From a virus (Duplodnaviria; Caudoviricetes): DNA of 64,000 nucleotides. The notes below the pieces were generated by a model. The model saw only the letters and a program-made list of their open reading frames with translations. It was not told the DNA's origin and ran no database searches. The stretch lies in IMG/VR virus record IMGVR_UViG_3300042154_002208. One strand, given 5' to 3'. A program made the position numbers and the translations under genes. Below are positions 9,185 through 17,568 of the stretch, piece after piece (position 1 is the first letter of the stretch; each line of letters starts with the position of its first letter).

Positions 9185-10467
9185 GAACATATGAATACGT
9201 AATTTCTGGCCCAGCATATTTACGCTTGGGTGCAGAACAATGTAATGACCCAGATGTATTAGAAATGATGCTTGACATGATTGCTAAGGTTTGTCACAAT
9301 CAAAACAACCATACATTCTCATTATTGTATAATGGATTTACAGAAAAGAACTTTGGCCCTAAGTTACAAAAGTTTCGTGCTTCAATTAATAATATTCATG
9401 CTGACTCTGGAGGTTTGCAGATTATTACTCGCGGTTTAAAAAATACTCCAGAAGTAAGAGAAAAAGTTTATTTGAATCAAGGTGCATATGCAGACATTGG
9501 TATGTCGTTTGATGAGATTCCTGTCAAGACAACTTCTACAAGTGGCGTATCATCTAAGATTGATACTAAGCGTAGATATGCAGACATGGATAATTTTGAT
9601 GATTATGCAAGACAAACGGGCAAGAATGTAAAATCACAAATTGAAACATTTGATAAGATGGGCAGCAAATGTAGACCATTTGTTATTATGCAGGGCTCAT
9701 CGCAAGAATCATATTCACGCTGGGCAAAATTAGTACTCGAAGAAATTACTCCAGCATTACATCATCGTATCGGTGGTCTTGCTATGGGATCGGCTGCTCT
9801 GGGTATGGGACAATTAGAAGACGTTAAACGAGCATTCTATGTTACACAGATGCCGTATACTAGACCATTTCATTTACACGTATTGGGTGTAGGTGCATTA
9901 CGTCGTATTCTACCTTATATTTGTTTTAGTCAATCTGGTCTATATGAAGGTATTGATATTTCATATGACTCTACCACACATTCTATGTCATTGGATAATG
10001 GATTGTTTTATTTCTCATTTGCTAAAAAAGCAGCAGGTTCACCATATGGTGGCACATCTGTAAAAATGGGCAGAGAGTATTCTAACATTTATAGAACAGT
10101 TACTAAAGAAATTAATACAGTATGTGGAACAAATTATACTCCTGAAGAATACCATATCTTAATGAACAGAGGCGTAGGCGTTCATTTGGAAGCAGGCGGA
10201 AAATTTGTTGATATTATGCGAGCACGTCTTGCCTTTATTTTAACAAACGTACATAATTTTACTCACGATGTCAATGCTTTGACAGAATCAAAAGAATTGT
10301 TCTTAAAGTTCTGTAGAGAAAAGGGGTGTGAGAATGAATACGCTACATTGTTTGATGTTAAGAATCTTTCTGATTTTGAAGATTGGGAAAGAAATGTAGG
10401 CAAGTATATGGAGTCTGAACCAGTTAACACACAACCACCAGTTTCACTTGAGGATTTATTTGCATGA
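9181..10467 (+). CDS. dpdA: DpdA/TGT-like guanine transglycosylase (candidate DNA 7-deazaguanine insertase)
   Basis: HADSGGLQ, SFDEIP, HLHVLGVG, ISYDSTT catalytic-type motifs; context folE/queD/queE. Confidence 0.72.
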   Translation: MRTYEYVISGPAYLRLGAEQCNDPDVLEMMLDMIAKVCHNQNNHTFSLLYNGFTEKNFGPKLQKFRASINNIHADSGGLQIITRGLKNTPEVREKVYLNQGAYADIGMSFDEIPVKTTSTSGVSSKIDTKRRYADMDNFDDYARQTGKNVKSQIETFDKMGSKCRPFVIMQGSSQESYSRWAKLVLEEITPALHHRIGGLAMGSAALGMGQLEDVKRAFYVTQMPYTRPFHLHVLGVGALRRILPYICFSQSGLYEGIDISYDSTTHSMSLDNGLFYFSFAKKAAGSPYGGTSVKMGREYSNIYRTVTKEINTVCGTNYTPEEYHILMNRGVGVHLEAGGKFVDIMRARLAFILTNVHNFTHDVNALTESKELFLKFCREKGCENEYATLFDVKNLSDFEDWERNVGKYMESEPVNTQPPVSLEDLFA

Positions 10468-10916
10468 CCGATATTATTTCAAACGAGCCAGTATTTTTTA
10501 CAGATACAATTATACATAGTAAATTAATTAAAAAGAAAAGTTCTATTTGGGTTACCTTTCGCAAAGAGGGTATTCATAAATATCCCCAAGCAGCAACTGA
10601 TCCTAAATTAGCAACAGGCGATTGGCTGGATGTTTCATTCTTAGGAACACCACATAGACATATTTTTCATTTCCGTGTAGAGATGGAAGTATTTCATGAT
10701 GATCGAGATGTAGAATTTATTCAAGCAAAACGCATTATGGAACGATGGTACTCTGATGGCACACTACATTTAGATTATAAGTCATGTGAAATGATGGCAT
10801 GCGAGCTTTATGATAAATGTGCTGCACAATGGCCTGATAGAGATTATACTATTGAAGTATCAGAAGATGGTGAAAACGGTTGTAGAATTAGTTTTGAAAG
10901 GATAGCTGGTGAGTAA
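10464..10916 (+). CDS. QueD-like T-fold protein, candidate CDG decarboxylase (DpdL-like)
   Basis: LGTPHRHIF (LxxxHRHxF), EFI, SCE and VSEDGENG motifs; directly after the dpdA-like gene. Confidence 0.6.
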   Translation: MTDIISNEPVFFTDTIIHSKLIKKKSSIWVTFRKEGIHKYPQAATDPKLATGDWLDVSFLGTPHRHIFHFRVEMEVFHDDRDVEFIQAKRIMERWYSDGTLHLDYKSCEMMACELYDKCAAQWPDRDYTIEVSEDGENGCRISFERIAGE

Positions 10917-12078
10917 ATTATATTATATGGGTTTAGAGCCCTATGAAGGTCGCTATACTTTACAGTTGCAACAATGGAGTGAAGCTGCATTTAAACGCAG
11001 AGGTATTGACTATGAAGTAATTCATGGTGATATTCTAGATGACTCTAAAGCAATTGTTACAGGTCAAGTACTTGATGCACACGGGCGTAGTTATTATTCG
11101 CTGACACAAATGGCTAATCTTATTAAGAAGATGAAATCTGGCGAAATAACATATGACGACACAATCTTTTTTGAAGATATGTTTACTCCTGGCATTGAGG
11201 CTTTGCCGTATATTATGGATCAAGTTGAATGGAAATATCAACCTCGTATCTTTGTTCGTTGTCTTGCACAAACAATTGATCCGGATGATTTTGTTCACGT
11301 ATGGGATATGCAGAAGTGGATGGGTCTATATGAAAAGATGACAGATCAATTCGTTACAGGTGTACTTGCATCTAACGAAGAAATGGTTGCTCATATGAAA
11401 ATTGCAGGTTGGGAAGCACCAATCTTTAATATCTCTGGACTGGCATTTGACAAAGATGAAGTTCGTAGTCGTGTAGCAACTCGTATTCCATTTAATGATC
11501 GTAAACTTCGTGTAGTATTTGCTGCAAGATTCGATCAGGAAAAACAACCCGATTTCTTTATGGATCTTATTGAAAGATATCATACAATTAACCCGGGTGT
11601 AGAATTTGCTGTCTTATCAGGCGGACCTTTACGTAGTAATAACGAAAAGTATTTGACTCGCGCGCGAGCATTAGAAAAGACTCACAATTTTAAAATTTAT
11701 GAGAATCTTAAAAAGAATGAATACTATGAGTTGTTAGGCGATTCCCGAGTATTATTTAATTGCGCATTGCAGGATTGGGTAAGTAATACTGCATCAGAAG
11801 CAGATGCACTTGGCACAAATTGTTTGTATCCTGCATATAGATCGTTCCCCGAAACATTTGCCAATGATCGCGAATGTCTCTATATCCCATGGTCACAAGA
11901 TGACGCAGTATTTAAATTAAATACGTTATTGTATAACGAGAGAACTAATTTAGGTAAGTTGTCTGATTGGACATCTGGTACTATTGAACGTTGTTTAGAT
12001 ATTATGTTTGAAGATAATGCTAAATGGTATCGTAACGGTAAGGATTATAGAGACCATGTCCCAGCAGCCAAGTACTAA
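10909..12078 (+). CDS. GT-B glycosyltransferase
   Basis: VVFAARFDQEKQP, FNCALQDWVSNTASEADALG C-terminal nucleotide-sugar-binding pattern. Confidence 0.75.
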   Translation: MSKLYYMGLEPYEGRYTLQLQQWSEAAFKRRGIDYEVIHGDILDDSKAIVTGQVLDAHGRSYYSLTQMANLIKKMKSGEITYDDTIFFEDMFTPGIEALPYIMDQVEWKYQPRIFVRCLAQTIDPDDFVHVWDMQKWMGLYEKMTDQFVTGVLASNEEMVAHMKIAGWEAPIFNISGLAFDKDEVRSRVATRIPFNDRKLRVVFAARFDQEKQPDFFMDLIERYHTINPGVEFAVLSGGPLRSNNEKYLTRARALEKTHNFKIYENLKKNEYYELLGDSRVLFNCALQDWVSNTASEADALGTNCLYPAYRSFPETFANDRECLYIPWSQDDAVFKLNTLLYNERTNLGKLSDWTSGTIERCLDIMFEDNAKWYRNGKDYRDHVPAAKY

Positions 12079-13078
12079 ATTAGTCGTTGTCACGGGTTCT
12101 GCCGGTTATATCGGCGGACAGACTTGTATTGAATTAAAGAAACAAGGATACGAAGTTATCGGTATTGATAACAGACACAACGAACATCTTGATGCATTTC
12201 AAGATGAATATCTACAATGCGACTTTACAGATTTAGACGCATTTAGTTTATACAAAAAGGTTTATCCTGTAGCAATTATACATTGTGCTGGTACTAGCTT
12301 AGTTAGTCCTAGTATGAAAAATCCGGGACATTACTTTCATAACAATGTATCTAAAACAAATTTGCTTTTAGATTTTGTTGCCAAACATATTCCAAAGACT
12401 AAGATTATTTTTAGTAGTAGCGCATCTGTTTATGGAATTCCTACAACAAAAACACCATTGAGAGAAAACGATAAGGTCGATCCTATTTCTCCTTATGGCG
12501 AATCTAAGTTAATGGTTGAACATTTATTGGAATGGTATCATCGATGCCACAAATTAAATTTCACTGCATTTAGATATTTTAATGCGTGCGGTGCAGATGA
12601 TAACGGCCAACATGGGCAAGAACCAAATGCAACCCATATCTTTGCCAAACTATTTGAAGCAGTCAAACATAATGCATCATTCACTTTAAATGGTGCAGAC
12701 TATGACACGCCTGACGGAACTTGTATTAGGGATTATATTCATGTTCAAGATATTGCGCTTGCACATATAAAAGCTATTGACAATTCTATTCAAGGCATAT
12801 ATAATTTAGGGATGCTTCAGGGGCATTCTAATCTACAAATTCAAATGCTTGTAGAAAAAATTACCGGTAAAGAGATTGTAACATTTATTAATAGACGACG
12901 CGAAGGAGATCCTCCATCGTTAGTTGCTGATAGTACAATGTTTAAACGTCTTGCAGATTGGACACCTGTATATGATATGTCGGACATTTTAACATCTTTA
13001 AAAACATGGTACAATTCTCCAACATATGAGGCTTTAACAAACCAGCGGTCTTACTCGAACATTCACCCCGCTTTATAA
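12056..13078 (+). CDS. galE: UDP-glucose 4-epimerase
   Basis: VTGSAGYIG, FSSSASVYG, PYGESK (YxxxK), RYFNACGA, RDYIHV. Confidence 0.88.
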   Translation: MSQQPSTKLVVVTGSAGYIGGQTCIELKKQGYEVIGIDNRHNEHLDAFQDEYLQCDFTDLDAFSLYKKVYPVAIIHCAGTSLVSPSMKNPGHYFHNNVSKTNLLLDFVAKHIPKTKIIFSSSASVYGIPTTKTPLRENDKVDPISPYGESKLMVEHLLEWYHRCHKLNFTAFRYFNACGADDNGQHGQEPNATHIFAKLFEAVKHNASFTLNGADYDTPDGTCIRDYIHVQDIALAHIKAIDNSIQGIYNLGMLQGHSNLQIQMLVEKITGKEIVTFINRRREGDPPSLVADSTMFKRLADWTPVYDMSDILTSLKTWYNSPTYEALTNQRSYSNIHPAL

Positions 13079-13116
13079 ATTCTGCATGTCGTCAAACTTA
13101 CTTAAAGAGGCAAGAG

Positions 13117-13599
13117 ATGGCAAATAAAAAATTCTTCTCAACAAAAACATATAGACAAATAGGTCCCGTAGCGTATAGACAATGGCGCGCAGATAGTCAT
13201 TGTAACTTAATTCATGGGTATGCCATGAGTTTTCATTTCGAATTCGAAGCGGATACTCTTGATGCTAGGAATTGGGTTACTGATTTTGGTGGATTGCGAC
13301 CACTTAAAGATAAGCTAGAAGAATGGTTTGACCACACTCTGCTAGTTGCACAAGATGATCCAATGCGAGAACATTTACTAGAATTGGGTAGATTAAAACT
13401 AGCTAAGATTACAGAAGTAGAGCGTACAGGATGTGAAGGTTTATCCGACTTCTTATATGAATATATTAACACAATCTTTTTACCTAACTGCGGCAGCGAA
13501 GAAGCTAAAAGAGTTTGGTGTTGCAGAGTAGAAGTTAGAGAGACTGATAGTAATATGGCAGGTCGCAGTGGTCATAGAGAAGATAATGAATTCGCTTGA
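13117..13599 (+). CDS. queD: 6-carboxy-5,6,7,8-tetrahydropterin synthase
   Basis: HCNLIHGY, WVTDFG, FDHT, GCEG, VRET motifs. Confidence 0.85.
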   Translation: MANKKFFSTKTYRQIGPVAYRQWRADSHCNLIHGYAMSFHFEFEADTLDARNWVTDFGGLRPLKDKLEEWFDHTLLVAQDDPMREHLLELGRLKLAKITEVERTGCEGLSDFLYEYINTIFLPNCGSEEAKRVWCCRVEVRETDSNMAGRSGHREDNEFA

Positions 13600-13777
13600 A
13601 AAGGTATGGGCCAGAGCAACCGGGCATTTAATGGGTAGTACAGATCATGACAAACCCGATGTGCCGGTGTTAACACTTCGTGAAGCAAGAGTTGCATTAT
13701 TCCTAAAAACATTTTGGGTTATAATACACACAATAACTTGCTTCTTTATTATTGCAAACGTAATAAGACATTGGTAG
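13586..13777 (+). CDS. Small putative membrane protein
   Basis: ORF with hydrophobic C-terminal helix; tight packing with neighbours. Confidence 0.55.
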   Translation: MNSLEKVWARATGHLMGSTDHDKPDVPVLTLREARVALFLKTFWVIIHTITCFFIIANVIRHW

Positions 13778-13778
13778 T

Positions 13779-14834
13779 ATGAAAATTTGTTTATTGGGTG
13801 ATACGCATTTTGGGGTTAGGAATGATTCTAAAGCATTCCATATTTACTATGAAAAATTTTATAGTGAAGTTTTCTTTCCTTATTTAGAACAAGAAAATGT
13901 AACAACTGTTCTGCAGTTAGGTGATTTATTTGATCGTCGTAAGTATATTAACTTTATGTCCCTCGCAGAATCTCGTCGTTATTTTTTCGATGTGTTATCT
14001 AAAAAGAATATTAGATTAATTGCTCTTATAGGTAATCATGATATCTTTTGGAAAGAAAGTCTAAAAGTAAATTCTCCGGAATTACTTTTGGAAGACTACA
14101 ATAATATTGAAATTGTAAACAGCCCAACAACTATGCAATTTGATAATAAAAGCATAGACATTATTCCTTGGATTTGTAAAGAAAATGAAAATGATATTGC
14201 AGACTTTATAACTAAATCTGCATCAGATTTTTGTGCTGGACATTTTGAGCTATCAGGGTTTCAAATGATGAAAGGCATTGATAGTCACGATGGTATGGAT
14301 AGATCAATGCTGAAAACCTATAATACCGTTTTCAGTGGACATTATCATACTAGATCGCACGAAGATAATATTGTTTATCTGGGTACTCCATACGAACTGG
14401 CTTGGAACGATGAAGGCGATCCTAAGGGATTTTACATTTTTGATACTGATACTGGGTTGTTTGATTTTATTCAGAATCCGCTTAATATGTTTATTAAACA
14501 TTACTATGACGATGAAAAGACAGATCCCAATTTAATTGACAAGTCAATATTTACCAACAAGTACGTTAAACTTGTAGTAGTTAACAAAAAAGATATTTTA
14601 AAATTTGATAAATTTGTAGAAGCTATCTATACAAACAATCCTATAGAGTTAAAAATTATAGAAGACTTTTCAGAGTTTGAAGCTAGTGCATTGGATGATT
14701 CAATTGATCTAGAAGATACTATGACATTGTTATCTGATTATGTAGATAGCGTTGAAACAGATTCTGACAAAGAGCGGTTAAAGACTTTGCTAAAGACTTT
14801 ATATGTAGAAGCACAACATTATAATGAAGCATGA
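13779..14834 (+). CDS. gp47: Recombination endonuclease subunit gp47 (Mre11-like)
   Basis: GDTHFG, GDLFD, GNHD, GHFE, SGHYH phosphoesterase motifs. Confidence 0.95.
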   Translation: MKICLLGDTHFGVRNDSKAFHIYYEKFYSEVFFPYLEQENVTTVLQLGDLFDRRKYINFMSLAESRRYFFDVLSKKNIRLIALIGNHDIFWKESLKVNSPELLLEDYNNIEIVNSPTTMQFDNKSIDIIPWICKENENDIADFITKSASDFCAGHFELSGFQMMKGIDSHDGMDRSMLKTYNTVFSGHYHTRSHEDNIVYLGTPYELAWNDEGDPKGFYIFDTDTGLFDFIQNPLNMFIKHYYDDEKTDPNLIDKSIFTNKYVKLVVVNKKDILKFDKFVEAIYTNNPIELKIIEDFSEFEASALDDSIDLEDTMTLLSDYVDSVETDSDKERLKTLLKTLYVEAQHYNEA

Positions 14835-16543
14835 TAAAATTTAAGAAAATAATTTGGAAAAATTTCTTATCAACCGGCGGGCAATTTACTGAAGTAGAGT
14901 TTACTAAATCTTCATCTACTTTAATTGTTGGAGAAAACGGTGCAGGCAAAAGCACTATTTTAGATGCAATTTGTTTTGTTCTGTTTAATAAACCTTTTAG
15001 GAATATTAACAAACCGCAGTTGATGAATACTATCAACGGCAAGTTACTTGTTGTTGAGGTTGAATTTTCTATTGGTAACAAAGATTATAGAATTGTGCGA
15101 GGAATGAAACCTGGCATATTTGAGATCTATTGCAATGACGTATTATTGAATCAAGATGCTGCCTCAAGAGATTATCAAAAGTATCTTGAAGAAAGTATTT
15201 TAAAATTAAATTATAAATCATTCACTCAGATTGTTATATTAGGATCTGCATCATTTACTCCCTTCATGCAATTGTCTTTGGGAAATAGACGTGAAATTAT
15301 TGAGGATATTTTAGATATTCAAATTTTCACAGTTATGAATGCAGTATTAAAAGATAAAACAACTGACATAAAAGCTCGTATAACAGAGATTGAAAATGAT
15401 ATTACCTTAGGTAAAAATAAGGTTAAGTTGCATCAACAATATATTGCAACCCTTGAAAGCGACAAACAAAAGAAAGTTGAAGATGTACAAAAGCGCATAC
15501 TTGAATCGAATGCTGAGATATCACAACTTAATGCAGGAATGTTGGTCGAGCAAGAAAAAGAAACGAGTTGTAAATCCTCTATATCTGACGCCGATGAGAA
15601 GCGTAACAAGCGTACGGAGATGGGAGCGTTGCTTAGAAAGCTTTCCGAAAGAATTACTAATCAAGAAACAAGCATACAATTTTACCACGACCATGATGTT
15701 TGTCCAACGTGTAGCCAGGATCTTGACGAACATCTCAAAGGATCCGCAATCGAACTTCATACACATAAACGTGAAGAAGTGCAATCTGCGATTGAAGCCC
15801 TTAGCTTGCAACTTGAAGGTGTTGAAACTAGACTTAATGAGATTGATGCGATCGAAAAGAAAATCTCTGAATATACAAGCAACATCATTAGATATCAGTC
15901 AAAGATCATCGCATCTCAAACGTACATTCAAAAGCTACAGGCGGACCTGGCAGTCAACAATAATGATACGGCAAACATTGAAGATGAAACGAGAAAACTT
16001 AAAAACTTGGCCAAGGAAGTGGTCGCACTTGCAGGTGAAAAAAGTAAATTATCAGAAGATAAGCATTATTTAGATATTGCAAGTGTATTGCTAAAAGATA
16101 CTGGCATTAAAACAAAGATCATTCGTCAATACTTACCTGCAATAAATAAATTAGTAAATAAGTATTTGGCGGCAATGGATTTCTTTGTTCACTTTGAATT
16201 AGATGAATCTTTTAATGAAGTAATTAAATCTAGACACAGAGACGAGTTTAGTTATGCTTCATTTAGTGAAGGCGAAAAACAAAGAATAGATTTGGCGTTA
16301 TTGTTTACTTGGCGAACAATTGCTAAGATGAAAAATAGTGCAAGTACAAATTTACTATTATTAGATGAAGTATTTGATTCTTCATTAGACACAAATGGCA
16401 CAGACTATGTAATGAATTTATTAAATACAATTGGTGAAGATACAAACGTATTTGTAATTTCGCACAAAGGCGATCAACTCTTAGATAAGTTTAAGTCTGT
16501 AATTAAGTTTCAAAAGTATCAAAATTTTAGTAGAATATCATGA
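14831..16543 (+). CDS. gp46: Recombination endonuclease subunit gp46 (Rad50-like)
   Basis: GENGAGKST, CPTC zinc hook, FSEGEK signature, LLLDEVFD. Confidence 0.96.
   Translation: MIKFKKIIWKNFLSTGGQFTEVEFTKSSSTLIVGENGAGKSTILDAICFVLFNKPFRNINKPQLMNTINGKLLVVEVEFSIGNKDYRIVRGMKPGIFEIYCNDVLLNQDAASRDYQKYLEESILKLNYKSFTQIVILGSASFTPFMQLSLGNRREIIEDILDIQIFTVMNAVLKDKTTDIKARITEIENDITLGKNKVKLHQQYIATLESDKQKKVEDVQKRILESNAEISQLNAGMLVEQEKETSCKSSISDADEKRNKRTEMGALLRKLSERITNQETSIQFYHDHDVCPTCSQDLDEHLKGSAIELHTHKREEVQSAIEALSLQLEGVETRLNEIDAIEKKISEYTSNIIRYQSKIIASQTYIQKLQADLAVNNNDTANIEDETRKLKNLAKEVVALAGEKSKLSEDKHYLDIASVLLKDTGIKTKIIRQYLPAINKLVNKYLAAMDFFVHFELDESFNEVIKSRHRDEFSYASFSEGEKQRIDLALLFTWRTIAKMKNSASTNLLLLDEVFDSSLDTNGTDYVMNLLNTIGEDTNVFVISHKGDQLLDKFKSVIKFQKYQNFSRIS
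15444..16073 (+). CDS. Candidate overprinted basic ORF (+1 frame within gp46)
   Basis: 209 open codons on the same strand; gp46 codons here avoid NTA+purine pairs. Confidence 0.3.
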   Translation: MQPLKATNKRKLKMYKSAYLNRMLRYHNLMQECWSSKKKKRVVNPLYLTPMRSVTSVRRWERCLESFPKELLIKKQAYNFTTTMMFVQRVARILTNISKDPQSNFIHINVKKCNLRLKPLACNLKVLKLDLMRLMRSKRKSLNIQATSLDISQRSSHLKRTFKSYRRTWQSTIMIRQTLKMKRENLKTWPRKWSHLQVKKVNYQKISII

Positions 16544-17115
16544 TTGTAATTAGAAAAGATAAATTAGATTTGGTAGAACCCTCCGCTGAGGTAATGCACA
16601 AGGCACCGCAGTCCTTTAATTTTCAAACTGATGGTGATAGTGCGCAAAGCGTTGCAAATGTTTTATTTGAAAGAATGAAACAACTAGGGGGTGTAGGTCT
16701 AAGCGCCAATCAAGTTGGATTAGACATGCGTGTATTTGTAATGGGATTAGACGAACTTAAAATTGCAATATTTAATCCTATTATAATTAAATATAGTAAA
16801 GAAGAGGAAGTATTCAACGAAGGTTGTTTATCTTATCCTGGTATTATGTTAGCCATTAATAGACCAACTAAAATTACAGCTACGTACCAAGATGAAACAG
16901 GAAAATACGTAGAGCAAGATTTTAACGGATTAACTGCTAGAATATTTCAACATGAATATGATCATATGAATGGTACTGATTACACACACCGAGTATCTAA
17001 ATTTAAATTAGATTTTGCTAAAAAGAAATTTGAAAATAAACGTAAAAAGATAATTAAAAAATACGCAGTTAAAACAATGATAGAGGCACTAAATGGCAAT
17101 AAAGATTCCAACTGA
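16540..17115 (+). CDS. def: Peptide deformylase
   Basis: GVGLSANQVG, EGCLS, QHEYDH motifs. Confidence 0.95.
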   Translation: MIVIRKDKLDLVEPSAEVMHKAPQSFNFQTDGDSAQSVANVLFERMKQLGGVGLSANQVGLDMRVFVMGLDELKIAIFNPIIIKYSKEEEVFNEGCLSYPGIMLAINRPTKITATYQDETGKYVEQDFNGLTARIFQHEYDHMNGTDYTHRVSKFKLDFAKKKFENKRKKIIKKYAVKTMIEALNGNKDSN

Positions 17116-17506
17116 ATATGATAATGGTTTTGATTTTGGATTTACAGCTGTAGATTCAGAAGAGTCTATTGTAGAAAAACCAGTAGTTAAAACTCAAGAT
17201 ATAGTTGATTCTGTATCTGTTGAATTAACATTATTAAAAGATAAATTAGATTCTGTATATAATAAAATTGATTCAATGGAAGAGATAATCAAAGCGGGAG
17301 CTGGTTCTAATTTTGATATTGATAGTTATAAGGTTTTGGTTGATAAAGATTCTAATGAGAAACTTAAAAAGGTTGAGGCATTAATACTGCCATTATTAGC
17401 TAATTTATTAAAAAATCCGGATAAAGATTATATTAAATGGCCTAATAGAACTCCGATTATCGAAGCACAAATCCAAAAAATACTTTCGATTACTCGTCCA
17501 AACTAG
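17093..17506 (+). CDS. Conserved T4-like phage hypothetical protein
   Basis: FDFGFTAVD and PLLANLLKNPDKDYIKWPNR pattern; good ORF. Confidence 0.65.
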   Translation: MAIKIPTEYDNGFDFGFTAVDSEESIVEKPVVKTQDIVDSVSVELTLLKDKLDSVYNKIDSMEEIIKAGAGSNFDIDSYKVLVDKDSNEKLKKVEALILPLLANLLKNPDKDYIKWPNRTPIIEAQIQKILSITRPN

Positions 17507-17517
17507 CAAAATTTCTG

Positions 17518-17546
17518 TTGACTTCTACCCCGAAAGATGTTATAAT
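17518..17546 (+). promoter_or_regulatory. Sigma70-type early promoter
   Basis: TTGACT-17-TATAAT, then GGAG RBS. Confidence 0.85.
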
Positions 17547-17568
17547 AGTCTTATAGACAGGAGATCTT

